From NCBI GenBank assembly GCA_963456275.1, contig CAUOLJ010000003.1, forward strand, positions 201-64,200: a stretch of DNA of 64,000 nt, written 5' to 3'. The first letter of the stretch is position 1, and the number at the start of each line of letters is the position of its first letter. Both the position numbers and the translations under genes were made by a program. This document shows positions 45,984-56,225 of the stretch, one piece after another. This DNA comes from an uncultured Candidatus Saccharibacteria bacterium. Lineage in GTDB: Bacteria > Patescibacteriota > Saccharimonadia > Saccharimonadales > Saccharimonadaceae. The notes under the pieces were generated by a model, which was not told the origin of the DNA, did no database searches, and saw only the letters and a list, made by a program, of their open reading frames with translations.

Positions 45984-48410
45984 ATGGGTAGACAGGGGCT
46001 ATCGCGCGATCAAGTAGTTATTCAGTGCGAGAAATATGGTGAGAATCGATTGCCTGACCGCGAAAATAAAAGTATTGTTAGGCTGATCTTAGCGATTATT
46101 ACCGAACCAATGATTTTCTTGCTACTAGCGGTGGTGGTAGTGTACTTTTTCTTGGGCGATTGGCATGAAACGGTGGTCCTGGCACTGTCGGTGATTGGCG
46201 TGGTGGCTCTAGAATTGTATCAGGATTCTAAAACTGAGCGGGCGTTAGAAGCGTTGCGATCATTGTCTGTGCCGCAATGCCAGGTGGTGCGCGCTGGCGA
46301 ATATGTTACCATTCCTAGCGTAGAGGTGGTAGTTGGCGATATTTTGGTTGTCGGCGAAGGTAGCCGAGTGGCTGCTGATGGTAAGCTCATTGAATCGTCA
46401 AACGTCGCTGCTAACGAAAGTATTTTGACTGGCGAATCGCTGCCAGTCGAGAAGACCGCTGGCAACCAAGCCTTCTCTGGTACGGTAATAACATCTGGGC
46501 ACGGACTCGTCGAAGTGACCGCCGTCGGCGAGCAGACCGAAATGGGGCGCATTGGTGTGTCGCTGCACGAAATTAAGCCAGAAAAGACATTATTGCAAAA
46601 GGAAGTTGGCCGAGTCGTGCGCTATATAGCGGTGGCGGCAGTGCTCTTGGCTGTGTTGCTGACATTGCTGTTTTGGCTGCTGCGCGGCGATTTTTTGCAT
46701 GGGTTTTTGGCGGGACTGACGTTGTCAATTGCGATTTTACCCGAGGAATTTCCTGTGGTCTTGTCGGTATTTATGGCGCTGGGAGCTTGGCGCTTGGCCA
46801 AGAGCAACGTACTAGCGCGCAAGAATCAGACCATCGAGACGCTCGGCAGCGCAACGGTGCTCTGCACGGACAAAACTGGGACACTGACTGAGAACCGTAT
46901 GGCGATAACTCAGGTGATCGCGGCTAGCGGTGAAGAGCCTAGCGACGCTCAGCGCAACGAAATTATTGCCTATGGTATTCTGGCGTCGCAAAAAAATCCG
47001 TCCGATCCGATGGAGGAGGCATTCTTGGCGGCAGCTGATGACCTAGCAGCGATTTATAACGGCATGGATATCATCAAAGAGTATCCGCTAGATAGCCATT
47101 CGTTTTCGGTAGCGCAAATTTGGGGGCGCAGTGGTAAGCCTGAGATTATAGCGCTGAAAGGAGCTCCAGAGGAGGTTTTTCGACTATGCCGCTTGCCCAG
47201 TGAGCAGCAAAGACGGCTGCAAGAGATTGCTGATGATGCAGCCGATGACGGTTTGCGCGTATTAGCAATTGCCAAGGCGGTGGCGGAAAACATCGAACCC
47301 TCTCGCGCTGGCTATCAATACGAGCTGCTAGGTTTGGTGGGGCTGTCCGACCCGATTCGTACCGAGGCTAAGGATGCTGTCGCCTTGGCGCACCGAGCTG
47401 GCATCAAAGTGATTATGCTAACTGGCGACCATACCGAAACAGCGCGGCGTATCGGCCGCGAGATTGGTTTGAATACTGAACGAGTGATAACCGGTCAAGA
47501 ATTTTTGTCGATGAGTGAAGGGCAGCAGCGCGAGCTTGTTAAAACTACAGAAATCTACAGCCGCGTCGCGCCAAATGTCAAGCTGGCGATTATTTCCGCT
47601 CTTAAGCAAAACGGCGAAGTGGTAGCGATGACTGGCGATGGAGTTAACGACGGTCCGGCCCTCAAGAGTGCGCATATCGGTATCGCCATGGGCCAGCGCG
47701 GTACCGACGTTGCGCGCGAAGCGTCATCGATCGTGTTGCTGGATGATAACTTCGCCTCAATTGTTCAAGGCGTGCGTATCGGCCGAAGGATTTTTGCTAA
47801 CTTGCAAAAAGCGGTGATGTATATCATGATTGTGCATATACCGATTGCCGCGTTGTCAATTGTGCCGGTATTGCTTGGTTGGGAATTGATTTTACTGCCA
47901 ATTCACATCGTATTTTTTGAATTTATTATTGATCCTGCTTGTACGCTAGTGTTTGAGGGCGAGCCAGAGGATGAAGACGCGATGTGCCGGCCGCCGCGGC
48001 GGATTTCGCAGCCATTATTTAGTAGAGCGGTAGTGCTAGAAAGTTTAGCAATTGGCGGGTTGCTGGCGCTGATGGCCGTTCTAATTCATGGCGGAATGCT
48101 GGGCAGCGGCGCTTCTAGCGATCAAGCGCGAGCGGTAACTTACTTAACGATAATTCTCGCTAACATCGGTATGATTTTGGCGCTATCCGGCCGCAAAATC
48201 ATTCGCTTGGCCGTTAAACAGCGTGGCAAGAATGCCTTGGCTATTGTGGTGGTCGCAGCTTCTGTCGCCTTGGCGGCGGTCTATAGTTTGCCATTTCTGC
48301 GCAATTTATTCAAAATCGCACCGTTATCGCCAGCTGAATTCGGCTTAGCGGCAACCGCGGCGATTATTGCGTCGCTGCTGGCGGCAATTGTGCGTAAACT
48401 ATGGCAATAA
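45984..48410 (+). CDS. Cation-transporting P-type ATPase
   Basis: TGES, PEEFP, DKTGT, GDGVND. Confidence 0.95.
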   Translation: MGRQGLSRDQVVIQCEKYGENRLPDRENKSIVRLILAIITEPMIFLLLAVVVVYFFLGDWHETVVLALSVIGVVALELYQDSKTERALEALRSLSVPQCQVVRAGEYVTIPSVEVVVGDILVVGEGSRVAADGKLIESSNVAANESILTGESLPVEKTAGNQAFSGTVITSGHGLVEVTAVGEQTEMGRIGVSLHEIKPEKTLLQKEVGRVVRYIAVAAVLLAVLLTLLFWLLRGDFLHGFLAGLTLSIAILPEEFPVVLSVFMALGAWRLAKSNVLARKNQTIETLGSATVLCTDKTGTLTENRMAITQVIAASGEEPSDAQRNEIIAYGILASQKNPSDPMEEAFLAAADDLAAIYNGMDIIKEYPLDSHSFSVAQIWGRSGKPEIIALKGAPEEVFRLCRLPSEQQRRLQEIADDAADDGLRVLAIAKAVAENIEPSRAGYQYELLGLVGLSDPIRTEAKDAVALAHRAGIKVIMLTGDHTETARRIGREIGLNTERVITGQEFLSMSEGQQRELVKTTEIYSRVAPNVKLAIISALKQNGEVVAMTGDGVNDGPALKSAHIGIAMGQRGTDVAREASSIVLLDDNFASIVQGVRIGRRIFANLQKAVMYIMIVHIPIAALSIVPVLLGWELILLPIHIVFFEFIIDPACTLVFEGEPEDEDAMCRPPRRISQPLFSRAVVLESLAIGGLLALMAVLIHGGMLGSGASSDQARAVTYLTIILANIGMILALSGRKIIRLAVKQRGKNALAIVVVAASVALAAVYSLPFLRNLFKIAPLSPAEFGLAATAAIIASLLAAIVRKLWQ

Positions 48411-48457
48411 TCGAGATTTTATGCTATAATGAAAGGGTAAACTAGAGAGGGGAAATA

Positions 48458-49147
48458 ATGGCAACGTCAAAGAAACAACGCGCTGGCATTCTGATTATCA
48501 TGGTCGCGACCGTTCTAGGTACGCTAGGATCGTTCGCGGTGATGATTTTATCAATGCAGTCAAACAAGCAAGCTCAGGCGGACTACCAAAAAGTTCTAAG
48601 CGAATATAAAAAAGAACAAGCTGCTTACGAGCAAAAAAAACAAGCGCAAGCCGACAAGCTATCAGCCAAATATTACGAGACGTTCAAGCAGTATTCTAGC
48701 CAAGTTGCAAAGTTCGAAATCGATAGCGTCAAATCACTAGCAACCGAAGATCTAACAGAGGGCGATGGCGCATTGGTAGACGATAAAACTAATTTTGCGG
48801 CTTATTATATTGGCTGGGATGCAAATGGTGATATCTTTGATCAGAGCATTGATAACAATAAGCTGAAAACGCCATTGCCAGTAAGCGGGTTGAGTACGGC
48901 TGGTATAATTAACGGCTGGAAAGAAGGTCTGAAAGGAATGAAAGTCGGCGGCGTGCGGCTATTGTCTATCCCGGCGGATAAAGCTTACGGTGAGGCTGGC
49001 AGCAAAGACTCTAAAGGCAAGCAAATTATCGCGCCGAATATGCCATTGAAATTCGTCGTTATGGCGATTCCAGCACCAGAAACTATCACTCCGCCAGATA
49101 TGACGAAGCTGATGAACGCATACCAAGAAGCTCAACGAGCGCAGTAA
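48458..49147 (+). CDS. FKBP-type peptidyl-prolyl isomerase
   Basis: FDQS, GWKEGL.GMKVGG.R.L.IP..AYG. Confidence 0.9.
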   Translation: MATSKKQRAGILIIMVATVLGTLGSFAVMILSMQSNKQAQADYQKVLSEYKKEQAAYEQKKQAQADKLSAKYYETFKQYSSQVAKFEIDSVKSLATEDLTEGDGALVDDKTNFAAYYIGWDANGDIFDQSIDNNKLKTPLPVSGLSTAGIINGWKEGLKGMKVGGVRLLSIPADKAYGEAGSKDSKGKQIIAPNMPLKFVVMAIPAPETITPPDMTKLMNAYQEAQRAQ

Positions 49148-49165
49148 GAAGAGGAGGAAATCTGC

Positions 49166-50101
49166 ATGGAAGATATTAAGCCTGTGGTGATGATTGGCGC
49201 TGGCCCGAGTGCGCTAGCGGCAGCGATTTATACTACGCGCGAGGGCATTGACACTACTCTTTACGAGAAGGGCGTTGTTGGCGGTCTAGCAGCAATTACT
49301 GATAAAATCGACAACTATCCTGGCTTTCCCGATGGCGTCCCAGGTATGGAATTAGCAGATAATTTACGCAAGCAAGCCGAACGCTTTGGTGCCAAGATTG
49401 ATTACGGCGACGTTTCAGCGCTGCGCCATCAGGATGGAGTTAATATTTTGACGGTTGACGGCCAAGAGGTTAAAGCTCGCGCTATACTGATTGCTACAGG
49501 CAGCGGTTATAAGAAACTTGGCATTCCTGGCGAGGCAGAATTTTATGGCCGCGGCGTGCATTATTGTGCGACTTGCGATGGTGCTTTTTATAAAGGCAAG
49601 AGACTGGTCGTCGTCGGCGGTGGCAACTCGGGTGTGCAGGAAGCGATGTTTTTGACGCGTTTTGCCGAGCATATTGATTTGCTGGTGCGAAGTTCCGTAA
49701 AGGCCAGCAAGACTCTACAGGACGATTTGCAGAAATACATTGATAATGGCAAAATTACCGTACATTTGCAAACAGTAGCGCAAGAAATCGTCGGCGAGGA
49801 CGGCGCGGTGGCGGCGGTGCGGGCGCTCGAAAACGGCGCAGAAACGACTTTCGAGGCTGACGGCGTGTTCGTTTTCATCGGCTTGAAGCCGAATACGCAG
49901 TTTTTGGCGGATAGCGGCGTTGAGTTCGACGAGTACGGCTTCATCAAAACTGACGACCATTTGGCGACGGCTTTGCCGGGCGTATTTGCTAGCGGCGATG
50001 TCCGTAGCGGCGCTACCATGCAGGTGGCCAGTGCTGTCGGCGAGGGGGCGACGGCGGCGCTGAGTATCCGCGAGTATTTAGAGGGCGTGAAGGCGGAATA
50101 G
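49166..50101 (+). CDS. trxB: Thioredoxin reductase
   Basis: GAGP, CATCDG, GGGNS. Confidence 0.95.
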   Translation: MEDIKPVVMIGAGPSALAAAIYTTREGIDTTLYEKGVVGGLAAITDKIDNYPGFPDGVPGMELADNLRKQAERFGAKIDYGDVSALRHQDGVNILTVDGQEVKARAILIATGSGYKKLGIPGEAEFYGRGVHYCATCDGAFYKGKRLVVVGGGNSGVQEAMFLTRFAEHIDLLVRSSVKASKTLQDDLQKYIDNGKITVHLQTVAQEIVGEDGAVAAVRALENGAETTFEADGVFVFIGLKPNTQFLADSGVEFDEYGFIKTDDHLATALPGVFASGDVRSGATMQVASAVGEGATAALSIREYLEGVKAE

Positions 50102-50122
50102 CTTCGACACTGGATGTCGGTG

Positions 50123-51127
50123 CTATTCGACGTATTTCTTGCGGAAAGCTTCGAGTTGTTTAATGATGGCTGGGTCGCTAGTCTCGAGAGCGATTTCGCG
50201 TGTGCCCATGATGCCAGAGCCGCGCATGAAATTATGCGATCCTGATAGTGCTACTTTCGAACCGTCAGACATCGTGAAAACAATGAATTTGGCGTGCAGA
50301 TATTGCGGATGCTGATATAGGGTTTGTTGCCGGCTGGTTAAAGTGCCGAGTTTGATGAGAAGTTTATTGATTGGCGAGGCAGTGCGCCAATTATTGAAAT
50401 ATAATTTGGCATTTTTGCGCTTGAGAATGCGGTTGAGTTTGCCAGTCGGGCAGTACTGCGATACTAGTACGATGTTCTCAGCTTGTTCAGCTAGGTCGCA
50501 GGCGCGCTTGTAAATGAGAGAATTAGTTGGCAAGCCCTGATCAACCAGGACAGTCGAGTGTTCGTCGAGACCAAACATTGAATTGCGAATCGAACCGCCG
50601 CGCTTGTCAGCGCGAGCGATGAGGTATTGCTCGTTAGATAGTTTATCGGCTAATACTTTATTATCAAATCGGAACATGTAATCGATATTAGCTAGGCTCT
50701 CGTGGTCCATATTGACACCGCCGCAAGCGTAGACTATGTCGTCAACAATCGACCACTTGCTATGAGTGCGGCCAGTCATTAGCATATTGGCCTTTTGACC
50801 GAGCCAGCGAAAAGCCACGCCCGCTTTTTTTAGCCGCCGTTCTAACTTCATGGCGTGAACGGCGCGCGATGGCTGGCGACGCGGCGAACGCAGAATAAAT
50901 TCCTTCGGTTCGAGATAAGTGAATGAATCGGCGCAAACCGAGGCTGGCACGCCGCGCTCAGCCGCTGCGCGCTCGACGGCGGCGATTACGGCTTCGGTGT
51001 GCTTATCATCGGCGCGAAAGGTGGTTGCCACCATATTGACGCGCTGCTTGGCATTGTCAATTTTAACTGCTAAATCCGACATATAGTCTTCTGCTGTCAA
51101 TAGCGTCGGACTCTTTTTCTTACTCAT
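50123..51127 (-). CDS. Phospholipase D-family protein
   Basis: HSKWSIVD..GGVN and HAK...GSHN motifs. Confidence 0.85.
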   Translation of the reverse strand: MSKKKSPTLLTAEDYMSDLAVKIDNAKQRVNMVATTFRADDKHTEAVIAAVERAAAERGVPASVCADSFTYLEPKEFILRSPRRQPSRAVHAMKLERRLKKAGVAFRWLGQKANMLMTGRTHSKWSIVDDIVYACGGVNMDHESLANIDYMFRFDNKVLADKLSNEQYLIARADKRGGSIRNSMFGLDEHSTVLVDQGLPTNSLIYKRACDLAEQAENIVLVSQYCPTGKLNRILKRKNAKLYFNNWRTASPINKLLIKLGTLTSRQQTLYQHPQYLHAKFIVFTMSDGSKVALSGSHNFMRGSGIMGTREIALETSDPAIIKQLEAFRKKYVE

Positions 51128-51199
51128 ATCTCTATTAGTATACTCTATAGCGTAAAAAACTGGTACTATATAGGTAGTAACTGTAAGCAAAGGAGCAAT

Positions 51200-51724
51200 A
51201 TGGCAGATTTTAATAAAGTTCTTGATCCGGGAGATGTCGATGGCGGACTGGTCAATACGGTGGTAGAAATCCCCGAAGGGTCGCGCCTGAAAGTCGAATG
51301 GGATCGGCAGCGGGCAGCCTTTATGCTGGACCGCGTCGAGCCAAAAATCTTTGCTAAGCCGTGCAATTACGGCTTTATTCCGCAGACGCTTGATGAGGAT
51401 GGCGACGAGCTAGATACGCTGATTATTTGCCCGGAACCGCTGGCTACCGGCGTGTGGCTAGAGGCGCGCATTATTGGCGTGCTGCGCTTCGAAGATGACG
51501 GTGAAGTCGACGACAAAGTAGTCGTGGTACCAGCTGATAATCGCGACGATGATCGTATTAACTCGCTCGATGACATTCCGCAGCTGGTTAAGCAGCTTGA
51601 ACATCATTTCACCCATTACAAAGACCTCAAGAAGCCAGGCAGTACTATCGTCAAGGGCTGGGGCGATGTCGAGGAAGCCAAGACGATTGTCAAACAATGC
51701 ATTGACCGCTATAATAATCAGTAA
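51200..51724 (+). CDS. ppa: Inorganic pyrophosphatase (family I)
   Basis: NYGFIPQTLDEDGDELD. Confidence 0.95.
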   Translation: MADFNKVLDPGDVDGGLVNTVVEIPEGSRLKVEWDRQRAAFMLDRVEPKIFAKPCNYGFIPQTLDEDGDELDTLIICPEPLATGVWLEARIIGVLRFEDDGEVDDKVVVVPADNRDDDRINSLDDIPQLVKQLEHHFTHYKDLKKPGSTIVKGWGDVEEAKTIVKQCIDRYNNQ

Positions 51725-51745
51725 TAAACTTAAACGGAGCAAATT

Positions 51746-52363
51746 ATGGATTATTATGATTATTCAACTTCGACTTATGCGGCTAGCAGCGATGTCGGTG
51801 CGGTTGCAGTTGTAATTTGGCTGTTTGTCATCTTAATTGTAATGGCAGTTTCCATACTAATGATTATCGCCATGTGGCGAATCTTTACCAAGGCTGGCAA
51901 GCCAGGCTGGGCGTCATTAGTGCCAATATACAACATGGTAGTAATGATGCAGATTGTCGGCCGGCCAGAGTGGCAAGTCGTACTGATGTTCTTGCCATTT
52001 GCCCATATATACATTTCGATCGTGTTGCCGCTAGATTTAGCAAAATCGTTCGGCAAAACGACTGGTTTTGGTGTTTTGATGATCTTCTTCCCGGCGATCA
52101 TGAACCCGATTTTGGCGTTTGGTTCAAGCCGCTATGTTGGCCCGGTTATGCGGCAGCAACCTGTCTACGGCCAGCCGCCGCAGCCTGGGTATTACGCTCC
52201 TCAACCTTACGCTCAGCCGCAACAACCTTACGCTCAACCGCAGCCGGTAGCTTACGCTCAGCCACCTCAGCCGTATACTCAACCTCAGGCGCCAGCCGCT
52301 CCGCAGCCGCCGGTAGTTCCTCAGGACGGGCAGCCGCAGCCGCCTCAGCAGCCGCAAGCATAG
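51746..52363 (+). CDS. Membrane protein (WRIFTKAG.PGWASLVP family) with P/Q/Y repeat tail
   Basis: TM segments, PYAQPQ repeats. Confidence 0.8.
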   Translation: MDYYDYSTSTYAASSDVGAVAVVIWLFVILIVMAVSILMIIAMWRIFTKAGKPGWASLVPIYNMVVMMQIVGRPEWQVVLMFLPFAHIYISIVLPLDLAKSFGKTTGFGVLMIFFPAIMNPILAFGSSRYVGPVMRQQPVYGQPPQPGYYAPQPYAQPQQPYAQPQPVAYAQPPQPYTQPQAPAAPQPPVVPQDGQPQPPQQPQA

Positions 52364-52395
52364 GTTAGGTAGCGAACCTTAAGCGCGAACTTAGC

Positions 52396-52425
52396 AAAAT
52401 AGCCAGAGATTGTCTGGCTATTTTT
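52396..52425. terminator. Bidirectional terminator
   Basis: AAAATAGCCAGA..TCTGGCTATTTTT. Confidence 0.8.
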
Positions 52426-52433
52426 GTTAGCGG

Positions 52434-53963
52434 CTATTTGGTTTTGTTGCGGCGAAACGGTGCTGTGCGCTGCAACAGGCTGCCAGCGCGGCCCAGCAGC
52501 GAGGTTTTTTTGAGCTGGGCCTTGAGCTTCATCCGAGCGTGTCCGGTGATGACATATTCGTTCCAGCCGGGCTTTGGGCGGGCGCGCTTGTTAGTTAGAA
52601 TTTCAACGGTATCTCCGTGCTGCAATTTGTAGCTGAATGGTTCCATCTTGCCGTTTACTAGAAATCCGCTTGATTTAGCGGCTAGATCAGAGTGCACGCG
52701 ATAGGCAAAATCTAACGGGAAAGCGCCGTCTGGCAGGTCGTAAATATCACCCTTTGGCGAATAAATAAAAATCCGGTCGCCGAACAAATCGACCTTCAAA
52801 TTATCAACGTCGAAATCTTTACCCTCGCGAATCATCGATGCTGCCGACTGCAAATGCTTAATCCAGTGTAAATCTGTCGGCAGGCTGGTCATTTTGCCCT
52901 TGATATAAGCATCAGTTAGCTTTTGCTCATTATAATGAAAACTGGCTGCCAGTCCGCGTTCGGCGTAATCGTGCATCTCGCGGGTGCGGATCTGGAACTC
53001 GACCGCTTGGCCGTTTTTAGTAACCACCGTAGTGTGCAGTGATTGGTAGCCGTTGGGCTTCGGTTTCGAGATGTAATCTTTGATTCGCCCAACCATCGGC
53101 TCGTACATATTGTGCAGTTCGTTAAGTACCAGATAGCAAGTGTCGATATCGTCAACGATAATCCTTAGCGCGATCAAATCATAAATATCGTCGATATTGG
53201 GGACGCGCTTCATCTTCTTATACAGGCTGTAGGTACTCTTGACGCGGCCGTCGATTTGGTGCTGAATTTTCTCGTCGCTGAGGCGCGAATCGACAGCGCG
53301 GCGGACGGCATCTAGCTTGCGTTGAGATTTCTTTAAGCGGCTATCCTTGAGGGCAACAGTTTGGTTATATTCCTCGGGCATTAAATATTTGAAGCTCAAT
53401 TCCTCGAGCTGCACGCGCAGCCGCCCCATGTTTAACCGATCGGCTAACGGTGCGAAAACGTCTAGTGTCTCGCGAGCGATTTTCTTCTGCTTTTCCGGAC
53501 TTTTGAATTGCAAAGTTTGCATATTATGCAGGCGGTCGGCCAGCTTGATGATGATCACTCGCACGTCTTGGCCGACAGCGATGAGTAATTTCGTCAAATT
53601 ATCGGTAGTACTTGGCAAATACGATTCGAGGTTTTTCATGCCGGCGCGGGCTTGGCTAACCTTAGTAACGCCGTCAACCAGAAAAGCAATATCTCGGCCG
53701 AATAGCTCGGTGATTTCCTCTAGTGTAGCATCAGTGTCCTCGACTGTATCGTGCAGTACGCCAGCAATCACCGAATCAATATCCATGCCCCAGTCGACCA
53801 GCATAGCAGCGACTTGCAGCGGGTGAGTGATGTACGGCTCGCCGCTCTTGCGTAGTTGCCCGTCGTGTTTATCGGTAGCATAATGGATTGCTTTTTCTAA
53901 CAATGCGACCTGCTCTTCACTGTAATGGCTTCTAGCCAGATTAACCAGCTCGACCTCGTTCAT
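52434..53963 (-). CDS. rel: RelA/SpoT (p)ppGpp synthetase/hydrolase (HD, synthetase, TGS)
   Basis: SGEPYITHP, LHDTVEDT, GYQSLHT, DFAYRVH. Confidence 0.93.
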   Translation of the reverse strand: MNEVELVNLARSHYSEEQVALLEKAIHYATDKHDGQLRKSGEPYITHPLQVAAMLVDWGMDIDSVIAGVLHDTVEDTDATLEEITELFGRDIAFLVDGVTKVSQARAGMKNLESYLPSTTDNLTKLLIAVGQDVRVIIIKLADRLHNMQTLQFKSPEKQKKIARETLDVFAPLADRLNMGRLRVQLEELSFKYLMPEEYNQTVALKDSRLKKSQRKLDAVRRAVDSRLSDEKIQHQIDGRVKSTYSLYKKMKRVPNIDDIYDLIALRIIVDDIDTCYLVLNELHNMYEPMVGRIKDYISKPKPNGYQSLHTTVVTKNGQAVEFQIRTREMHDYAERGLAASFHYNEQKLTDAYIKGKMTSLPTDLHWIKHLQSAASMIREGKDFDVDNLKVDLFGDRIFIYSPKGDIYDLPDGAFPLDFAYRVHSDLAAKSSGFLVNGKMEPFSYKLQHGDTVEILTNKRARPKPGWNEYVITGHARMKLKAQLKKTSLLGRAGSLLQRTAPFRRNKTK

Positions 53964-54043
53964 AGCCTTATTATAGCAAATTTGCCAAAGCTATTGCGCT
54001 TTTGCTAAAATATTAGCAAAGATGGCTTAATCAAGGAGTGGGC

Positions 54044-55039
54044 ATGGTGAAAATAAAAGTAGCGATTAACGGTTTTTGCCGGGTTGGCCGGAGTGTTTTC
54101 AAAATTGCGCAGAGCCGTTCAGATATCGAAATAGCGGCTATTCGGACGCATCTGAGCGCCGAGCAGTGCGCTTATCTGCTGAAGCACGACTCGATTTATG
54201 GCCATTATGCCAAGGCGATTGGCACTGGCGACGCGTCGCTATATGTAGGCGACCGGATTATTCCTATCATAAGCGACAAGCGGACAACCAAATTGCCGTG
54301 GGGCGACCTGGGTATTGATGTTTTGATTGATGCTGGATGTCAGACTGATGCTGCTGAACTGCGCCGTCATCGGACGGCTGGTGCTCGGCGCGTGGCGTCG
54401 TTGTCGCAGTGCGCTGATTTTGCGACGATCGTCATGGGCGTTAATGACGGATTGGTCAATGTCTCGACGGATATTGTCTGCAGCGGCGATGCGGCGATTA
54501 GCTCGGTAGCGCCGGTTATCGCTACACTTGATCAAGCGGTTGGCGTCGAGGCGGCAACGATTACGGCGGCTGGTAATTATCATTTTGCTGGTTCGCTATT
54601 AAAGACTGAGCGTCTGGGTGACAGCGACTTGGTGGCGATGGCGGCTGATTACGGCCAGCGATTGCAGACAGTTTTGCCAAATGTTGCGAGCGCGGTAGGC
54701 GGGCTTACAGTTAGCAGTCTCCAGTACGGTAATGTCGGACTATCAACGATTTCGCTGCTGCTGCGCGAACCAGTCGCGGCCAAGAAAATAAACGAGATTT
54801 TAATGCATGCTGCCCGCGAGCCGTTATACAACGGTATTTTGGCAGTTACCGACAAAGAGCTGGTAGCCGAGGATTTTCGCGGCAATAGCTACAGTTCGAC
54901 AGTTGATGTCGGGCTAACTGTCGTTGTCGGCGAGCGATTGGCACAAGTGTCAGCCTGGTACGACGGCGAGTGGGCCAGCGCCAACCGCTTGGTCGAGTTG
55001 GCGGCTGAAACTGGACGGTATGCGTGGAATGTGCAGTAA
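54044..55039 (+). CDS. GAPDH-like protein lacking catalytic residues
   Basis: VAINGFCRVG, YLLKHDS.YG, LPWGDLG, WYDGEW; SCTT motif absent. Confidence 0.8.
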   Translation: MVKIKVAINGFCRVGRSVFKIAQSRSDIEIAAIRTHLSAEQCAYLLKHDSIYGHYAKAIGTGDASLYVGDRIIPIISDKRTTKLPWGDLGIDVLIDAGCQTDAAELRRHRTAGARRVASLSQCADFATIVMGVNDGLVNVSTDIVCSGDAAISSVAPVIATLDQAVGVEAATITAAGNYHFAGSLLKTERLGDSDLVAMAADYGQRLQTVLPNVASAVGGLTVSSLQYGNVGLSTISLLLREPVAAKKINEILMHAAREPLYNGILAVTDKELVAEDFRGNSYSSTVDVGLTVVVGERLAQVSAWYDGEWASANRLVELAAETGRYAWNVQ

Positions 55040-55119
55040 ACTTACTCTTATGATAGGATTAACAAAATCCTACTCTAACAGGGCTTGCCAGGGGCGCGTA
55101 TTATGCTTATACTAATGGT

Positions 55120-55581
55120 ATGAAGATTTTTCTAGGAGCGGATCATGGTGGGTTTTATCTGAAGGAGAAGATTGAAGCTTATCTGACCAAGCGCGGCATC
55201 GAGTGGGAGGATGTCGGCGATAAGATACTCGATCCGCAAGACGACTTCCCGCAGTTTGCCCAGATGGCCGTGACTAAGGTGTTGGGCGAGGACGATTCTA
55301 CTGATCCGCGGGCAATTTTGATTTGCACTGGCGGCCAAGGTATGGCGATGGCAGCTAACCGTTTTCGCGGCATCCGAGCGGCGGTGATTTGGGATAAGTT
55401 CGAAGCGCATGAGTGCCGTAACGATAACGATTGTAACGTCCTATGCTTGCCGGCGCGGGTACTGGACGCGCCGGGCGACGATTTAGAACTCTGGAAAGAA
55501 ATTATTGACGAGTGGATCGCTACGCCATTTGCCGGCGCGGCGCGGTTTGTTCGCCGCAACGCAGAATTGGACGCTTTCTGA
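55120..55581 (+). CDS. rpiB: Ribose-5-phosphate isomerase B
   Basis: GADHGG, LICTGGQG..MAAN. Confidence 0.92.
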   Translation: MKIFLGADHGGFYLKEKIEAYLTKRGIEWEDVGDKILDPQDDFPQFAQMAVTKVLGEDDSTDPRAILICTGGQGMAMAANRFRGIRAAVIWDKFEAHECRNDNDCNVLCLPARVLDAPGDDLELWKEIIDEWIATPFAGAARFVRRNAELDAF

Positions 55582-56225
55582 TGGCCGAGATTGTTCCGAC
55601 AGTGCTCTGTGAAAATGCAGAAGATTACAAGCTAACGATTGAGCGTTTATCGCCATTCGCTAAGCGCGTTCATCTAGATTTGGCTGATGGCGAATTTGCA
55701 CCGACCAAAACCGTCGAGCTGAGCGAGATGTGGTGGCCGCAAGATTGGCAGGTTGATATCCATGCTATGGTAGCGCGGCCGAGTTTGTATGTTGATGCTT
55801 TGGTGCAAATGCGGCCGTCGCTGGTGATTTTTCATGCCGAAGTTGATGAGGATTTGCAGCCTTCTATCCAGCAGCTCAAAGCTTCGGGTATTCAAACTGG
55901 CGTGGGATTGCTGCGCCCGACGGTGCCAAATACCGTCAAAGATGTCATCAGCGCAGTTGATCATGTGCTGGTGTTTAGCGGTGATTTGGGTCACTATGGC
56001 GGCAAGGCCAGCTTGATGCAGCTGGAAAAGGTTCGCTTGATTCGCAGTATTCATCCTAGCGTTGAAGTCGGCTGGGATGGCGGCGCGACGCTCGAAAATG
56101 TTTTTAGCCTAGCGCAAGGCGGCGTTAATATCGTCAACTGCGGCAGCGCTATCCATTCGGCGCCAGATCCGGCAGAAGCTTATCAGAAATTAGTAGCAGA
56201 AGTTAATAAGCAAGGAGTAATTTAG
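55581..56225 (+). CDS. rpe: Ribulose-phosphate 3-epimerase
   Basis: HLD..DG.F, DIHAM, WDGG. Confidence 0.88.
   Translation: MAEIVPTVLCENAEDYKLTIERLSPFAKRVHLDLADGEFAPTKTVELSEMWWPQDWQVDIHAMVARPSLYVDALVQMRPSLVIFHAEVDEDLQPSIQQLKASGIQTGVGLLRPTVPNTVKDVISAVDHVLVFSGDLGHYGGKASLMQLEKVRLIRSIHPSVEVGWDGGATLENVFSLAQGGVNIVNCGSAIHSAPDPAEAYQKLVAEVNKQGVI

Noticed and set aside
52150..52360. Tandem repeats as a CRISPR array or VNTR element
   Set aside because: In-frame P/Q/Y low-complexity coding repeats with no spacers.
52434..53963. rel as a truncated pseudogene
   Set aside because: HD, synthetase and TGS motifs are intact, with a clean stop and terminator; only the distal regulatory domains are absent.
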